Part shown: one piece after another, positions 27,073-36,263 of the stretch
How the letters are laid out: every line of letters begins with the position of its first letter
How positions within the stretch are numbered: position 1 is the stretch's first letter
DNA from: an uncultured virus (IMG/VR IMGVR_UViG_3300010885_044417)
Taxonomy: Duplodnaviria; Heunggongvirae; Uroviricota; Caudoviricetes
Length of the DNA: 64,000 nt
Strand: one strand, 5' to 3'
Virus record (IMG/VR): IMGVR_UViG_3300010885_044417
Notes under the pieces: model-generated
Seen by the model: the letters and a program-made list of their open reading frames with translations, nothing else
Told to the model about the DNA's origin: nothing
Database searches by the model: none
Made by a program: the position numbers and the translations under genes

Positions 27073-28386
27073 ATGTCAACCGAAAAATCCGTAACCTCAG
27101 AAGGAGTCCCACCGCAGCTCGACCTCGGCAACGTCGATCAGCCTTCAGAAACCCAAGTCGCCGACCTTGATGCTGCGCTAGACGCCGCCGGTCTTGGTGA
27201 TGAAATTGTCGAGCCTACAAAAATTGTCGAACCTGCTGAACCTGCTGAACCCGCGGAATCCGCAACGGTTGAAGAACCTTCTGAGCCTGAGCCGGAATCC
27301 ACGCCTGAAGCTGGCGGTGAGGAAGCTAAGCCTGCGGATAAGGCCGTAGATGAAGCCGCTAAAAAAGCTGCTGAACTTGAGGCGCTTGACCTCGATAAGG
27401 TTAAAGCTCCTGAAGATGTCAGCCCACGAAATCTTGTCAACTTTAACAAGCTGCGCGATGTAGCTAAGCACTACAAAGCCCAAGTCCAAGCAACTGAGAC
27501 CCGGCTGCGCGAGCTTGAAGCAAAAGCTCAGGAACTTGAAACCCGCCCGGCGCAGCCTCCTGCAGAAATCATTAAAGAACTTGCTGAGCATCGCCAATTC
27601 CGCAAACTGTTTGACGCGGAGAATGACCCCGAGTTCAAGCGCCAGTTTAACGAGAAACTGCAGGCCCTGGACACGGATGTCCTGAGCATACTCCGCAAGA
27701 ATGGCTTGCCCGAAGATGCTGAGAAGCAGCTTAAAGCTTTGGGAATTGATAAAGTTTCTGCAGGCTGGTGGGAATCTGAAATCCTGCCCAAACTCCCGTT
27801 TGTCGATCGCGAACGGATCCAGAAGCGCCTAGCTGAGCGAGCCGACGTGCTGGATCAGCGTTCTAAAGAGCTTGAAAAATTTAGCTCGCAGCGCGATCAG
27901 TGGCTTGAGCATGAAAAATCCCAAGTCGCAGAGCGTTTTCAGCAAGAGCAAACGCAAATTGATCAGCATCTCGAGCTACTCACGCAGAACGTTCCTTGGG
28001 CTAGATACCAAGAAGTTCCGGCTACAGCTAGCCGAGATGAACGCGCCAAGATCGAAGCGCACAACCAGTCCGTGGCCGACCTTGAGCAGAACTTCCGCAA
28101 CTTCCTATTCCCCAAAAATCCGACTGAAAGAGCTGAAGTTGCAGCCGCGGCTGTCGCCAGCACCAAGCTAGCCGGAGCCGTGGATGATTTGGCAAGCCGA
28201 CTGCGCGAGTCAAACTCAAGAGCTGAAAAGCTTGAGAAAGAGCTTGAAGCAATTCGCAGTGCGGGCCGTTCTCCCTCAGCTCGTCCAGCCAACCGCCGCG
28301 CAGCGTCTGAGGCCCCGGATCCTTCAAAGCTATCCGATGAGGAAGCAATTGAAGCTGGTCTAATGGCCGCCGAAGGCTTGATCTAG
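27073..28386 (+). CDS. Capsid scaffolding protein (putative)
   Basis: Acidic Pro-rich N-terminus, long coiled coils, position in the head module. Confidence 0.65.
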   Translation: MSTEKSVTSEGVPPQLDLGNVDQPSETQVADLDAALDAAGLGDEIVEPTKIVEPAEPAEPAESATVEEPSEPEPESTPEAGGEEAKPADKAVDEAAKKAAELEALDLDKVKAPEDVSPRNLVNFNKLRDVAKHYKAQVQATETRLRELEAKAQELETRPAQPPAEIIKELAEHRQFRKLFDAENDPEFKRQFNEKLQALDTDVLSILRKNGLPEDAEKQLKALGIDKVSAGWWESEILPKLPFVDRERIQKRLAERADVLDQRSKELEKFSSQRDQWLEHEKSQVAERFQQEQTQIDQHLELLTQNVPWARYQEVPATASRDERAKIEAHNQSVADLEQNFRNFLFPKNPTERAEVAAAAVASTKLAGAVDDLASRLRESNSRAEKLEKELEAIRSAGRSPSARPANRRAASEAPDPSKLSDEEAIEAGLMAAEGLI

Positions 28387-28408
28387 TCCGCTCATCTTGG
28401 CCCAAAGC

Positions 28409-29284
28409 ATGAAGACGAAGATCAAACTAAATCTGTCAAAAAAGACGGCTGAAGAATCGGCTAGCGAGTTTGACGGGCAAATTGAAGGGATCAATGACGT
28501 AGAGCTCGACGAGCTTGCTGAAGAAATTCCTTCTGAGCCTATCCTTCCAGCAGCAAAGTCAGAATGGGTTGGAACTGATGTTTTCATCGGTTTCCCCTGC
28601 TACAAGACCACAAATCCAGTTACAGCCTGGTGCTTAGTCGCGATGGCAAAAGACTTTGGCGATCGCGTACGCATGGACATGGAAATCGGCGATGCCATGA
28701 TTTACCATGCTCGCAATCGTCTAGCTCAGCGATTCTTAGAGTCTTCGGCAAATTGGCTTCTTTTTATTGACGACGACATGATTGTCCCGATTGGAAGACC
28801 AGACTTCTTCCGCGACATGGCGCGGCTTCCTTCTGACTACCCAGAAGCACCGGCAGCGCTGAACACCGTGACCCGGTTGCTTAGCCATAATCAGATGCTA
28901 GTCGGCGCCACGTATTTTGCCCGGCATCCAAAAGGCCGAGTGATCAATAGCTTATTCGGCGACGCAGAGTATCGTGCAGCGGCTTCAAGTTTTACGGATA
29001 GAATCTATCCTTGCGAATGGCTAGGAACAGGCTGCATGATGATTCACCGCAGCGTGTTTACCACCATGATGGAAAAGTTCCCAGAGCTTGAGCCTGGCGA
29101 TGATGAAATGCCGTGGAACTTCTTTCAGCCTGGCGTTGATGGGCGTGGTGAGGATATTGCTTTTTGCGCTCGCGCCCTTGAGTGCGGAATTCAACCTCAT
29201 GTAGACGCGCAGCTGCATGCCGTCCACGTTGGCTATGGAACTTACGGGGTGCACACTTCAACCTTTAACGAGATTCTTGTGTGA
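28409..29284 (+). CDS. GT-A fold glycosyltransferase (GT2-like)
   Basis: IYHARNRL, WLLFIDDDM (DxD), GTGCMMIHRSVF, GEDIAFC. Confidence 0.85.
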   Translation: MKTKIKLNLSKKTAEESASEFDGQIEGINDVELDELAEEIPSEPILPAAKSEWVGTDVFIGFPCYKTTNPVTAWCLVAMAKDFGDRVRMDMEIGDAMIYHARNRLAQRFLESSANWLLFIDDDMIVPIGRPDFFRDMARLPSDYPEAPAALNTVTRLLSHNQMLVGATYFARHPKGRVINSLFGDAEYRAAASSFTDRIYPCEWLGTGCMMIHRSVFTTMMEKFPELEPGDDEMPWNFFQPGVDGRGEDIAFCARALECGIQPHVDAQLHAVHVGYGTYGVHTSTFNEILV

Positions 29285-29976
29285 AAGCCGATGTTTTAAT
29301 CGTTACTTGTGCTCGCGACGAGTGGTGGTTTTGCCAGACGCTTCCGCTTATCCTAAGCCGTCTCTCTGGATTTCGCCGCATAGTAGCCGTCGCGCCCGAA
29401 CAAGATCGGCATATTTTCGAGCCGGTTAAAAACGTGCACTGGAACTTTATTCCTGACTGGTCAGGTAAAGGATACTTTTGGCAACAGTGGGTCAAGATTA
29501 ACGGCCCCGCGTATTGCCCTGACGCAGACTGGATTGTCCACATCGATAGCGACATCTTTATTAAGAAGCCCGTCAGTCTCCAAGATTTTGATCGCGCATG
29601 GCTAATGGCGCAGTACGCAACGCTTCCTCCTCTTCCTTGGAAAGGATCTACCGAGCAGCACTGCGGGTTCAGCGTGCAGTACGAGTACATGCGGGCTTTT
29701 CCGTTTATCATCAACACGCAAACACACCGGCTTACGCAAGAAATTCTTAACCGTTTTGGGAAACCATTTTCTGAATACATCGCTGAGCAAACCGTATTTA
29801 GCGAGTTCAATGTCATGGGAGCCATAGCCCATAAGCATCACCCGGAACTCTATAACTGGATTGACTTGTCTTACCAAATCCAAGAACCGGCCCCTTTTTC
29901 CAGAGTTCACCACGCCTGGATTAAACCACCACCCGATGAAGCGCAAGCTTACGTCGACCAACTCGTAAAACCATGA
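29281..29976 (+). CDS. GT-A-like nucleotide-sugar transferase
   Basis: WQQWVK, IVHIDSD (DxD), FSEFNVMG. Confidence 0.6.
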   Translation: MKADVLIVTCARDEWWFCQTLPLILSRLSGFRRIVAVAPEQDRHIFEPVKNVHWNFIPDWSGKGYFWQQWVKINGPAYCPDADWIVHIDSDIFIKKPVSLQDFDRAWLMAQYATLPPLPWKGSTEQHCGFSVQYEYMRAFPFIINTQTHRLTQEILNRFGKPFSEYIAEQTVFSEFNVMGAIAHKHHPELYNWIDLSYQIQEPAPFSRVHHAWIKPPPDEAQAYVDQLVKP

Positions 29977-30692
29977 ATAAGCTCCTCATCTGCATACAAG
30001 CTTGGGAAGGCGATATCGTCCAAGCTGAAAATCTTGCGCACGTTCTTTGTGACTTATCTCCTAAACGGTCTCCGTATCTCCATGCCGATATTGCGCTGAT
30101 TACTAGGTTTGACTGCCGTCCCTTTAACAAAAAAGTCTTAAGCCGCCTTGAAGAAGCTTTTGAGCACGTGTATCAGCACGTAGGCGAGCGCCGCGAGACA
30201 GGTTGGCCTGCAGGATGCAACGCTCTATGGTTTAGCACAATTTCTTGGTCCGCTGGAATGGTGCGCAACCGAAAGTTTTCCTATCCGGTTCTTCTTACAA
30301 CAGAAGCCGACGCTTGCCCGCTAGTTGCTGATTGGGATCAGCAGCTTTTTGCTGAATGGAATAAAGCAAAGAAATCCGTAGTCGGCGATTGGCTAGACTC
30401 GGGTTCTGACGAGTGCGGGCACATCAATGGCAATATGATGGTCGATTCAAGCATTTTTGACATGGACTACAAATTGGTCGGCTGCGACGGCAATCAGGCT
30501 TGGGACACGGTGCTCGCGCCTACTTTCAAAAGGCTTGGCTGGTATGACACGCCGCTAATCCATTCAATGTGGAAAACAGAGACTCTTCCAAATTCCGAGA
30601 TTGAGAAATTGACGAAAGACGGAGTCGTCTGGCTTCACGGCGTCAAGGACTCTTCAGTTCAAGACTACGTAGCAAAGAAGTTTGCTTCGTAG
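29973..30692 (+). CDS. Putative glycosyltransferase-like protein
   Basis: GWPAGCN, LTTEADACP (ExD), HINGN, WD, HGVK. Confidence 0.45.
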   Translation: MNKLLICIQAWEGDIVQAENLAHVLCDLSPKRSPYLHADIALITRFDCRPFNKKVLSRLEEAFEHVYQHVGERRETGWPAGCNALWFSTISWSAGMVRNRKFSYPVLLTTEADACPLVADWDQQLFAEWNKAKKSVVGDWLDSGSDECGHINGNMMVDSSIFDMDYKLVGCDGNQAWDTVLAPTFKRLGWYDTPLIHSMWKTETLPNSEIEKLTKDGVVWLHGVKDSSVQDYVAKKFAS

Positions 30693-30744
30693 CACATTTG
30701 CTTTTACTGTAGGGGCAAAAAGTCATACTTCCAGGCTTACGAAT

Positions 30745-30855
30745 GGCCGCCGAAAGCGGCTAGCTCGCAAGTGGCTTCCAACAGTTGCAGACAGGCCGCA
30801 TACTGTCCTAGCGTGCCGAGGACGAACCATGCTTGTCACCACAATGGTGGCAGGT
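30745..30855 (+). promoter_or_regulatory. Structured 5' leader of the major capsid gene
   Basis: Consecutive hairpins GCCGC/GCGGC, GACAG/CTGTC and TGTCACCA/TGGTGGCA. Confidence 0.45.
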
Positions 30856-30885
30856 TAACTCAACCTCATTAAAAGCACAAACATC

Positions 30886-32094
30886 ATGGCTTCTACAAGC
30901 ACTATCGATGTCGGAGCGGTACAAAGTTTTGCCGCAAAAGACACCAATCGCATTGTGGGACAGATCGGCAAGGTTCTTGCCAGGAAGTCCCCTTACATCA
31001 ACATCCTCAAGGGTGGAACCATCGCTAACGTTTCTGATGTCGTTCGTTCGATCATTCAGGAGCGTGCAGTAGTGGGCGCTAGCCTTGCCAACCCCGTGTT
31101 CCAGGAAGATGCCACCATGTGTGGTACTGGAGCCACCCAAGACCAGGTCGGTTCGACTGAATACCAGTTCAAGCTCGAGTCGCTCCGTGGTATTGGACCT
31201 AGGGTTTGCGTCAAGACCAGCCGCACCGCCTTCAAGGGCGCCTATCTCCAGGCACAAATGGCCTTGGAGAAAGGTATTCTTCAGATCATGAACTCCGACG
31301 TCCGCGCGACTCTCCTGAATCGCTCGGGTATCAAGTTCATCGCCAAGAAGAATACGGCCTTTGAAAACCTCATTGTTGGCGACGCCCAGGCGATCGACCA
31401 GAAGTTTGCTGGTCTCCCCGACTCGCAGATGAACTTCCGTTCTCTGTACCGTCTCGGAACCCTTCTCCGCGAGGAGCTTCTGGTTGAGCCTTTCGGTACC
31501 GAGAAGGGAGACTACTTCATGGTCATCGCATCGATCGACCAGATTGAAGCCTTCCGCACTCAGGCTGACGTCAAGGAAGACCTGAACTACCTCACGGCTG
31601 GATCCTTCAAGGTTGGATCCGATGCCATCAGTGGGTATCAGTTCCAGGGCTACCGCGGCTTTGGCTTTGGTATCGATAGCCAGCCTCTCCGCTTCAACCA
31701 GCTCAAGGCCGATGGTACGCCTGACCTGATTGAGCCTGAGATTGGTGTTGATGCTCGGTACGGTAGGGCTTCCCGCCGTAACCCTGTCTGGGTTTCTGCT
31801 AAGTACGAGATCGGATTCCTGGTTGGCGGCGAGTCTTTCGCCCGCCTGACCCCCGAGAAGTACAGCGGAGAAGGAAGCTTCAAGTTTGCCCCGCAGCTTG
31901 CGATGGGTGAGCTCGAGTGGGTTGCTCAGCGCGATAACAGCCAGAACCTGTTCCTCGACTACGGGCAGCACATCTACCAGATCAGCCGTGCTTACCAGCC
32001 GATCCGTCCTCATGCTGTGGTGCCTTTCGCTTATCAGCGTTGCACCTTCAACACGGGACTGAGCTCCTGCGTAACTAGCTCCACCGGTCTGTAA
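30886..32094 (+). CDS. Major capsid protein
   Basis: 402 aa, strongly C-ending codon bias, long leader, follows the portal/scaffold block; no named family recognised. Confidence 0.75.
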   Translation: MASTSTIDVGAVQSFAAKDTNRIVGQIGKVLARKSPYINILKGGTIANVSDVVRSIIQERAVVGASLANPVFQEDATMCGTGATQDQVGSTEYQFKLESLRGIGPRVCVKTSRTAFKGAYLQAQMALEKGILQIMNSDVRATLLNRSGIKFIAKKNTAFENLIVGDAQAIDQKFAGLPDSQMNFRSLYRLGTLLREELLVEPFGTEKGDYFMVIASIDQIEAFRTQADVKEDLNYLTAGSFKVGSDAISGYQFQGYRGFGFGIDSQPLRFNQLKADGTPDLIEPEIGVDARYGRASRRNPVWVSAKYEIGFLVGGESFARLTPEKYSGEGSFKFAPQLAMGELEWVAQRDNSQNLFLDYGQHIYQISRAYQPIRPHAVVPFAYQRCTFNTGLSSCVTSSTGL

Positions 32095-32106
32095 GACCTA
32101 ACATTT

Positions 32107-32178
32107 CTGGGCCTCCGTGGGGGTTCTCCAATTCTGCATTGCGCGGATGGCGAGGATCCTCACGGAACCCAGTTTTGC
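32107..32178 (+). terminator. Long hairpin followed by a T-run after the capsid gene (terminator or processing site)
   Basis: CTGGG..TCCGTGGGGGTTCTC ... GAGGATCCTCACGGA.CCCAG-ttttg. Confidence 0.55.
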
Positions 32179-32187
32179 TTAAACGCC

Positions 32188-32703
32188 ATGCCTCCCGAGG
32201 AGCTTTATCGCCGAGTGCTAGTAGGATTAGGCGTTGACGCGTCTACTATCCCGGCGACTTTAGACACAGCAACCTGGCGTAGGATGGTTCTTGTGGCTCT
32301 AGGCGCGGATCGCGCGCTTATTCCTCCAACTTTAGATACTTCTGATTGGCGTCAACGCGTTCTTACGCTTGTTGGCGTGACGCTAATTCCGCCAACTCTC
32401 GACACGGAAATTTGGCGCCGAGCAGCTCTTGTAGGTCTCGGCCTTGCTCTCGACAGTATTCCTCCCACGCTAGACGCGTTTACTTGGAATCGCCTAGTTC
32501 TTGCGGCTATTGCCACATATGAAACTGCGCATTCGGCATTTGCAATTTTCGACGCTATCCCGGGAACAACGTTCACCGGAATCACTGTTTCAGGAACAAC
32601 TCCCACCACTTTTTCAGTTTCGCTAGACTTATCCCAAGCTCCTGCGTCCCAAGTCTCTGCCGGTACTACAGAAACACCGGTTCCTGACTTAACACTACCC
32701 TAG
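32188..32703 (+). CDS. Tandem-repeat virion-associated protein
   Basis: Four IP(A/P)TLDxxxWxxxxL repeats. Confidence 0.7.
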   Translation: MPPEELYRRVLVGLGVDASTIPATLDTATWRRMVLVALGADRALIPPTLDTSDWRQRVLTLVGVTLIPPTLDTEIWRRAALVGLGLALDSIPPTLDAFTWNRLVLAAIATYETAHSAFAIFDAIPGTTFTGITVSGTTPTTFSVSLDLSQAPASQVSAGTTETPVPDLTLP

Positions 32704-32705
32704 CT

Positions 32706-34526
32706 ATGCCAACCTATTCAATTTACTTGACGCCCGCGGACAAGGTTAAAACTCTGAATGCCGGCACTACGTCATCTCCTATTGGCGGAACGCTAGATCT
32801 TTCTGTTTTTCCAAATCTTACCGAATTCACGTTTCTTGACCTGACTAACGTGACCTTCAAGACCGGCACGGCTTCTCGATTGCTTCTGACTAACGGCGCT
32901 GGAGCCGGGATTAACTTAATCACGGGAAGCACTGGGTCTTCAACGATTCCAGTTCCTATCGACGGAATTGGTGCCATTACAAAACGCGGATCCGGCTTGC
33001 TGATTTTGACCGGCGCAAATAGCTTTACTGGAAATCTTACCATTGCGCTAGGAACTTTACAAATCGGCGCGGCTAGCTTTTTGGGAAACGGCACGCATAC
33101 CGGAGCGATTGCGCTCGACGGCGTTCTAAATTATGGCAGTTCGGCCAACCAAACTTTTTCCGGCAACATTACTGGATCCGGAAATTTAATTATTAGCGGC
33201 ACCGGGACACTGGCGTTGCTTGGCGCAAATACGTACTCAGGTACAACTACAATCAATTCCGGCACGTTGCAAGTTGGAAATGGGGGAACTGCTGGAACGC
33301 TTGGGCTTGCCGCCGTATCAAATGGCGCAACTCTGGTGTTTAATAGATCCGGCAACCTTACTGCGGCAAACGCAATCTCGGGTGCTGGGGTTATTACTCA
33401 GCGCGGAACTGGAACGCTGACGCTAACAGACACTTCGGCTTTTTCCGGGCCTATCCAGATATTCTTCGGGAAGATAATAATTGCCGGCGCGGGTCTGCTA
33501 AACAGCGGAACGTATTCCAACGTAATTACTATTAGCACAATTTTGGAGTATTCAGGAACGGGTACACAGACGCTATCTGGAGTAATTTCTGGAACTGGAG
33601 CTTTAGTAAAAAGCGGAACCGGATCTCTGACGCTTAGCGGAGCGAATACATACTCCGGAGGAACTTCAGTCAGCGCCGGAATTTTGCAGGCCGTTTCAGC
33701 CACTGCTTTTGGGACGGGTGTAATTACTTTGCAAGGCGGTTCTTTTGGCTCTTCTTCCACAGCGGCAGCCGCGCTAAGCTTAGCAAACAATATCGCGGTA
33801 GCGCCGGGAACTACGACGACGCTCGCGCACGACAATACGACCTCGCTAACGCTTGCGGGCCTAATTACCGGCTCAGGCTCGCTATTGCAAAATCTTGGCG
33901 GGACTGCGGCTAGGATTCTAATTCTAACTGGAGACAATAGCGGATTTTCTGGTACGTTTACGCAGAATAATTCCGCTCCAAATCGTCTAGCCTTTAATAG
34001 CCTTGATTCGGGAAGCGCCGCTGCAGACTGGGTTTTTTCCCGAAGCATTGCCGGCGCCGTAGGAATTAACGCCGCCGGCGCTACAAGCCTCAAGTTTGGG
34101 TCCTTAGCCGGATCTGGCCAAATGCGCTCAAATACAAATGGAACCGTGACCATTGAAGTCGGCGGAAACCATAACTCTACGACATTTTCTGGAGTTATCA
34201 GCCAGGGAAACACGGCGGCAATTTTAGCTTTGACAAAAGTTGGTTCCGGAGCGTTGACTCTTACGGGAGCAAACACGTATCTTGGCGCAACTTCAATTTT
34301 AGCCGGCTCAATAGTTACGCCAGTCACGGTTTCTACGGTTACGGCTACAGCAACTTTTACAAATACAACACTGGCCGTTTCTTTTTCTGCGGCTCCTACA
34401 GCAGGCCAGACATTTAAGTTTTTTCCCGGGGCTACCACGCAAACGTACACGTCAGTAACTTTGACAAACAGTGGCGGTCGCACAGCTTCATACAACTCAG
34501 CCACGTCAACCTTAACCATTGCCTAA
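32706..34526 (+). CDS. Beta-helix fibre/decoration protein with autotransporter-associated beta-strand repeats
   Basis: Repeated KxGxGxLxLxGANTYSGxTxIxxGxL. Confidence 0.85.
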   Translation: MPTYSIYLTPADKVKTLNAGTTSSPIGGTLDLSVFPNLTEFTFLDLTNVTFKTGTASRLLLTNGAGAGINLITGSTGSSTIPVPIDGIGAITKRGSGLLILTGANSFTGNLTIALGTLQIGAASFLGNGTHTGAIALDGVLNYGSSANQTFSGNITGSGNLIISGTGTLALLGANTYSGTTTINSGTLQVGNGGTAGTLGLAAVSNGATLVFNRSGNLTAANAISGAGVITQRGTGTLTLTDTSAFSGPIQIFFGKIIIAGAGLLNSGTYSNVITISTILEYSGTGTQTLSGVISGTGALVKSGTGSLTLSGANTYSGGTSVSAGILQAVSATAFGTGVITLQGGSFGSSSTAAAALSLANNIAVAPGTTTTLAHDNTTSLTLAGLITGSGSLLQNLGGTAARILILTGDNSGFSGTFTQNNSAPNRLAFNSLDSGSAAADWVFSRSIAGAVGINAAGATSLKFGSLAGSGQMRSNTNGTVTIEVGGNHNSTTFSGVISQGNTAAILALTKVGSGALTLTGANTYLGATSILAGSIVTPVTVSTVTATATFTNTTLAVSFSAAPTAGQTFKFFPGATTQTYTSVTLTNSGGRTASYNSATSTLTIA

Positions 34527-34527
34527 C

Positions 34528-34743
34528 ATGCTTGTCACCCCAAACTTAGACGGCTGGTCTATTAGCGCGGATCCCGCGGCGGGCGAGTATCATTTAGTGT
34601 ACTCCGATGAAGGCGTTGCGTACTACGGACTAGCCGAAGGAAAAACTTCGACGCAGCTGACTTTATTTGTGGGCACCAGCGATGAGTGCGCGGCGCATGC
34701 AGAGAGCCTGGGTCTTACTCTGCCAACCCCAAACTTAGACTAA
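34528..34743 (+). CDS. Small hypothetical protein
   Basis: ATG 34528 follows the fibre stop codon; TPNLD at both ends. Confidence 0.6.
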   Translation: MLVTPNLDGWSISADPAAGEYHLVYSDEGVAYYGLAEGKTSTQLTLFVGTSDECAAHAESLGLTLPTPNLD

Positions 34744-34746
34744 AAT

Positions 34747-35001
34747 ATGAGCCTCGAGGAAAAAGAAGAAATTCTAAATAGAATTAGCGCCGCTATCGGC
34801 CTTATCAAGTGGCTTGGCGGAGGAGCTGCTTCAGCTTTCGTGGCCCTGATATTGCTGATTGTTGCCGACCACTACGAGCAAGCAACAATTAAAAAAGACA
34901 CGGACTGGATGAAACCTCGCGTTGAGCGTATGTGGTATCGCACACATCCCGAAGATCTTGCTGGCGATCCGAATGCTCAGTCAACCAAGCAAATTCCTTA
35001 A
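34747..35001 (+). CDS. Single-TM membrane protein (holin/antiholin candidate)
   Basis: One hydrophobic helix; first gene of the lysis cluster. Confidence 0.5.
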   Translation: MSLEEKEEILNRISAAIGLIKWLGGGAASAFVALILLIVADHYEQATIKKDTDWMKPRVERMWYRTHPEDLAGDPNAQSTKQIP

Positions 35002-35005
35002 ACGC

Positions 35006-35455
35006 ATGCGCTCGGCTGCCGCAATTTTGGCTTTAGTTTTGGCAGGCTGCGCTTCTTCAGGCCGTAAGCAGTCGATCGCGGCTTACTCGGCTCCCTCTAT
35101 CGTCAAAGTATCTGCTTCTCTCCAGGATACAAAATCTGCAATTCGCGTAGCAAAGCAAAAACTTTCAGAGCAAAACGTCCCGGCAGTGCAAGCTGCCTTA
35201 GCACTGGCTGAAACTAAAGCCGAAATAGCCGAAGCTAGCATGGTCGACTATGCCCAGAAAACCGAAGTCTTGGCCTCAAATCTCAATCAGACTGTCGACG
35301 AAAAAAACGCGGCTCTTGAAAAAGTCGAGTATTGGCATGGCAAACAAGTCAAGGCGCTAAAAGAAATTTGGTTTTGGCGCTTGCTGTTTGGGGCTGAAAT
35401 TCTGGCTGTCTTAGTCTGGGTGGGGATCCGGACTAGTTGGACTTTTCGACCATGA
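35006..35455 (+). CDS. Unimolecular-spanin-like lipoprotein
   Basis: Signal peptide with LAGC lipobox, helical linker and C-terminal TM (LLFGAEILAVLVWVGI). Confidence 0.6.
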   Translation: MRSAAAILALVLAGCASSGRKQSIAAYSAPSIVKVSASLQDTKSAIRVAKQKLSEQNVPAVQAALALAETKAEIAEASMVDYAQKTEVLASNLNQTVDEKNAALEKVEYWHGKQVKALKEIWFWRLLFGAEILAVLVWVGIRTSWTFRP

Positions 35456-35790
35456 GCAGCAAGCCGCCATTTCTTCAGCGGCCGACTATGCAAAGACTGG
35501 TTCTGTCAATCGTTGGGATTATTTTGATCCAGCTTTCATGGCGCTGGGCTGTGGCCCACCTCTACTCTTTGCCGACGATGGCGCTGGCGGGTTTTGTTAG
35601 CATTACGACAAGTGCGTTCTACGTGATCGGAGCAATTGTGATCTTCATGGTCACGGGTAAATTGATCTATGATTGGAAGATGGGCACAAACCAGATTCAA
35701 GAAGTAGCTTCGCGCGCGGAAGACATTAAGGAAGAAATCATTGAGCGCGTTGTCAAACCCAAGTACTTTGATGACGACTCGATTCCTTAA
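35452..35790 (+). CDS. Holin (putative, 2 TM)
   Basis: Two hydrophobic segments and a charged C-terminus; overlaps the endolysin start. Confidence 0.6.
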   Translation: MSSKPPFLQRPTMQRLVLSIVGIILIQLSWRWAVAHLYSLPTMALAGFVSITTSAFYVIGAIVIFMVTGKLIYDWKMGTNQIQEVASRAEDIKEEIIERVVKPKYFDDDSIP

Positions 35791-36205
35791 AGAAATCATT
35801 CCCTGGATTTTTAAGTGGGAAGGCAGTAAGTTTGAAAACGATCCCGACGATCCGGGCGGCGCGACTAAATTTGGCATCGACCAAAGAAGCCACCCAAAAG
35901 TCGACATCAAAAACTTGACCGCTGACCAAGCCACCAAGATTTATTGGATGGACTACTGGCTCAAGAATCATTGCGACCAGTATCCATCTCCCACAGACTG
36001 GATTTATTTTAACGCCTGCGTCAATTGCGGGCCTAAGAGAGCCGCAAAACTCATGCGGCTTTCCGGAGCAAACCCTAAAAAGTTTTTGTCCGAACAAGAA
36101 GCTTTTTACAAGCGTCTAGCGGCGGCTCGCCTGGCTTCAGCAAAGTATCTAAAAGGCTGGCTACGCAGAGTTGAGGACCTCCGAAAAGTTACCGGCTTGG
36201 CTTAA
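35771..36205 (+). CDS. Endolysin, glycoside hydrolase family 108
   Basis: WEG..NDPDDPGGATKFGI, A..IY..DYW, VNCG, YLKGWLRR. Confidence 0.92.
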   Translation: MTTRFLKEIIPWIFKWEGSKFENDPDDPGGATKFGIDQRSHPKVDIKNLTADQATKIYWMDYWLKNHCDQYPSPTDWIYFNACVNCGPKRAAKLMRLSGANPKKFLSEQEAFYKRLAAARLASAKYLKGWLRRVEDLRKVTGLA

Positions 36206-36263
36206 ACACTCGAAGCGATTTATTATGTCCAGACTACCCCTCCTCGCGTAGGGTTCAACAATT

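Noticed and set aside
30808..32013. 401-aa minus-strand ORF (similarly 33398-34519, 58829-59590, 5981-6700)
   Set aside because: Antisense to well-supported genes; explained by codon bias on the coding strand
30828..34539. Shared 13-mer CATGCTTGTCACC in the capsid leader and at the 34528 start
   Set aside because: 13-mer matches are expected by chance in 64 kb; complementarity to the c4-like RNA was noted but is unsupported
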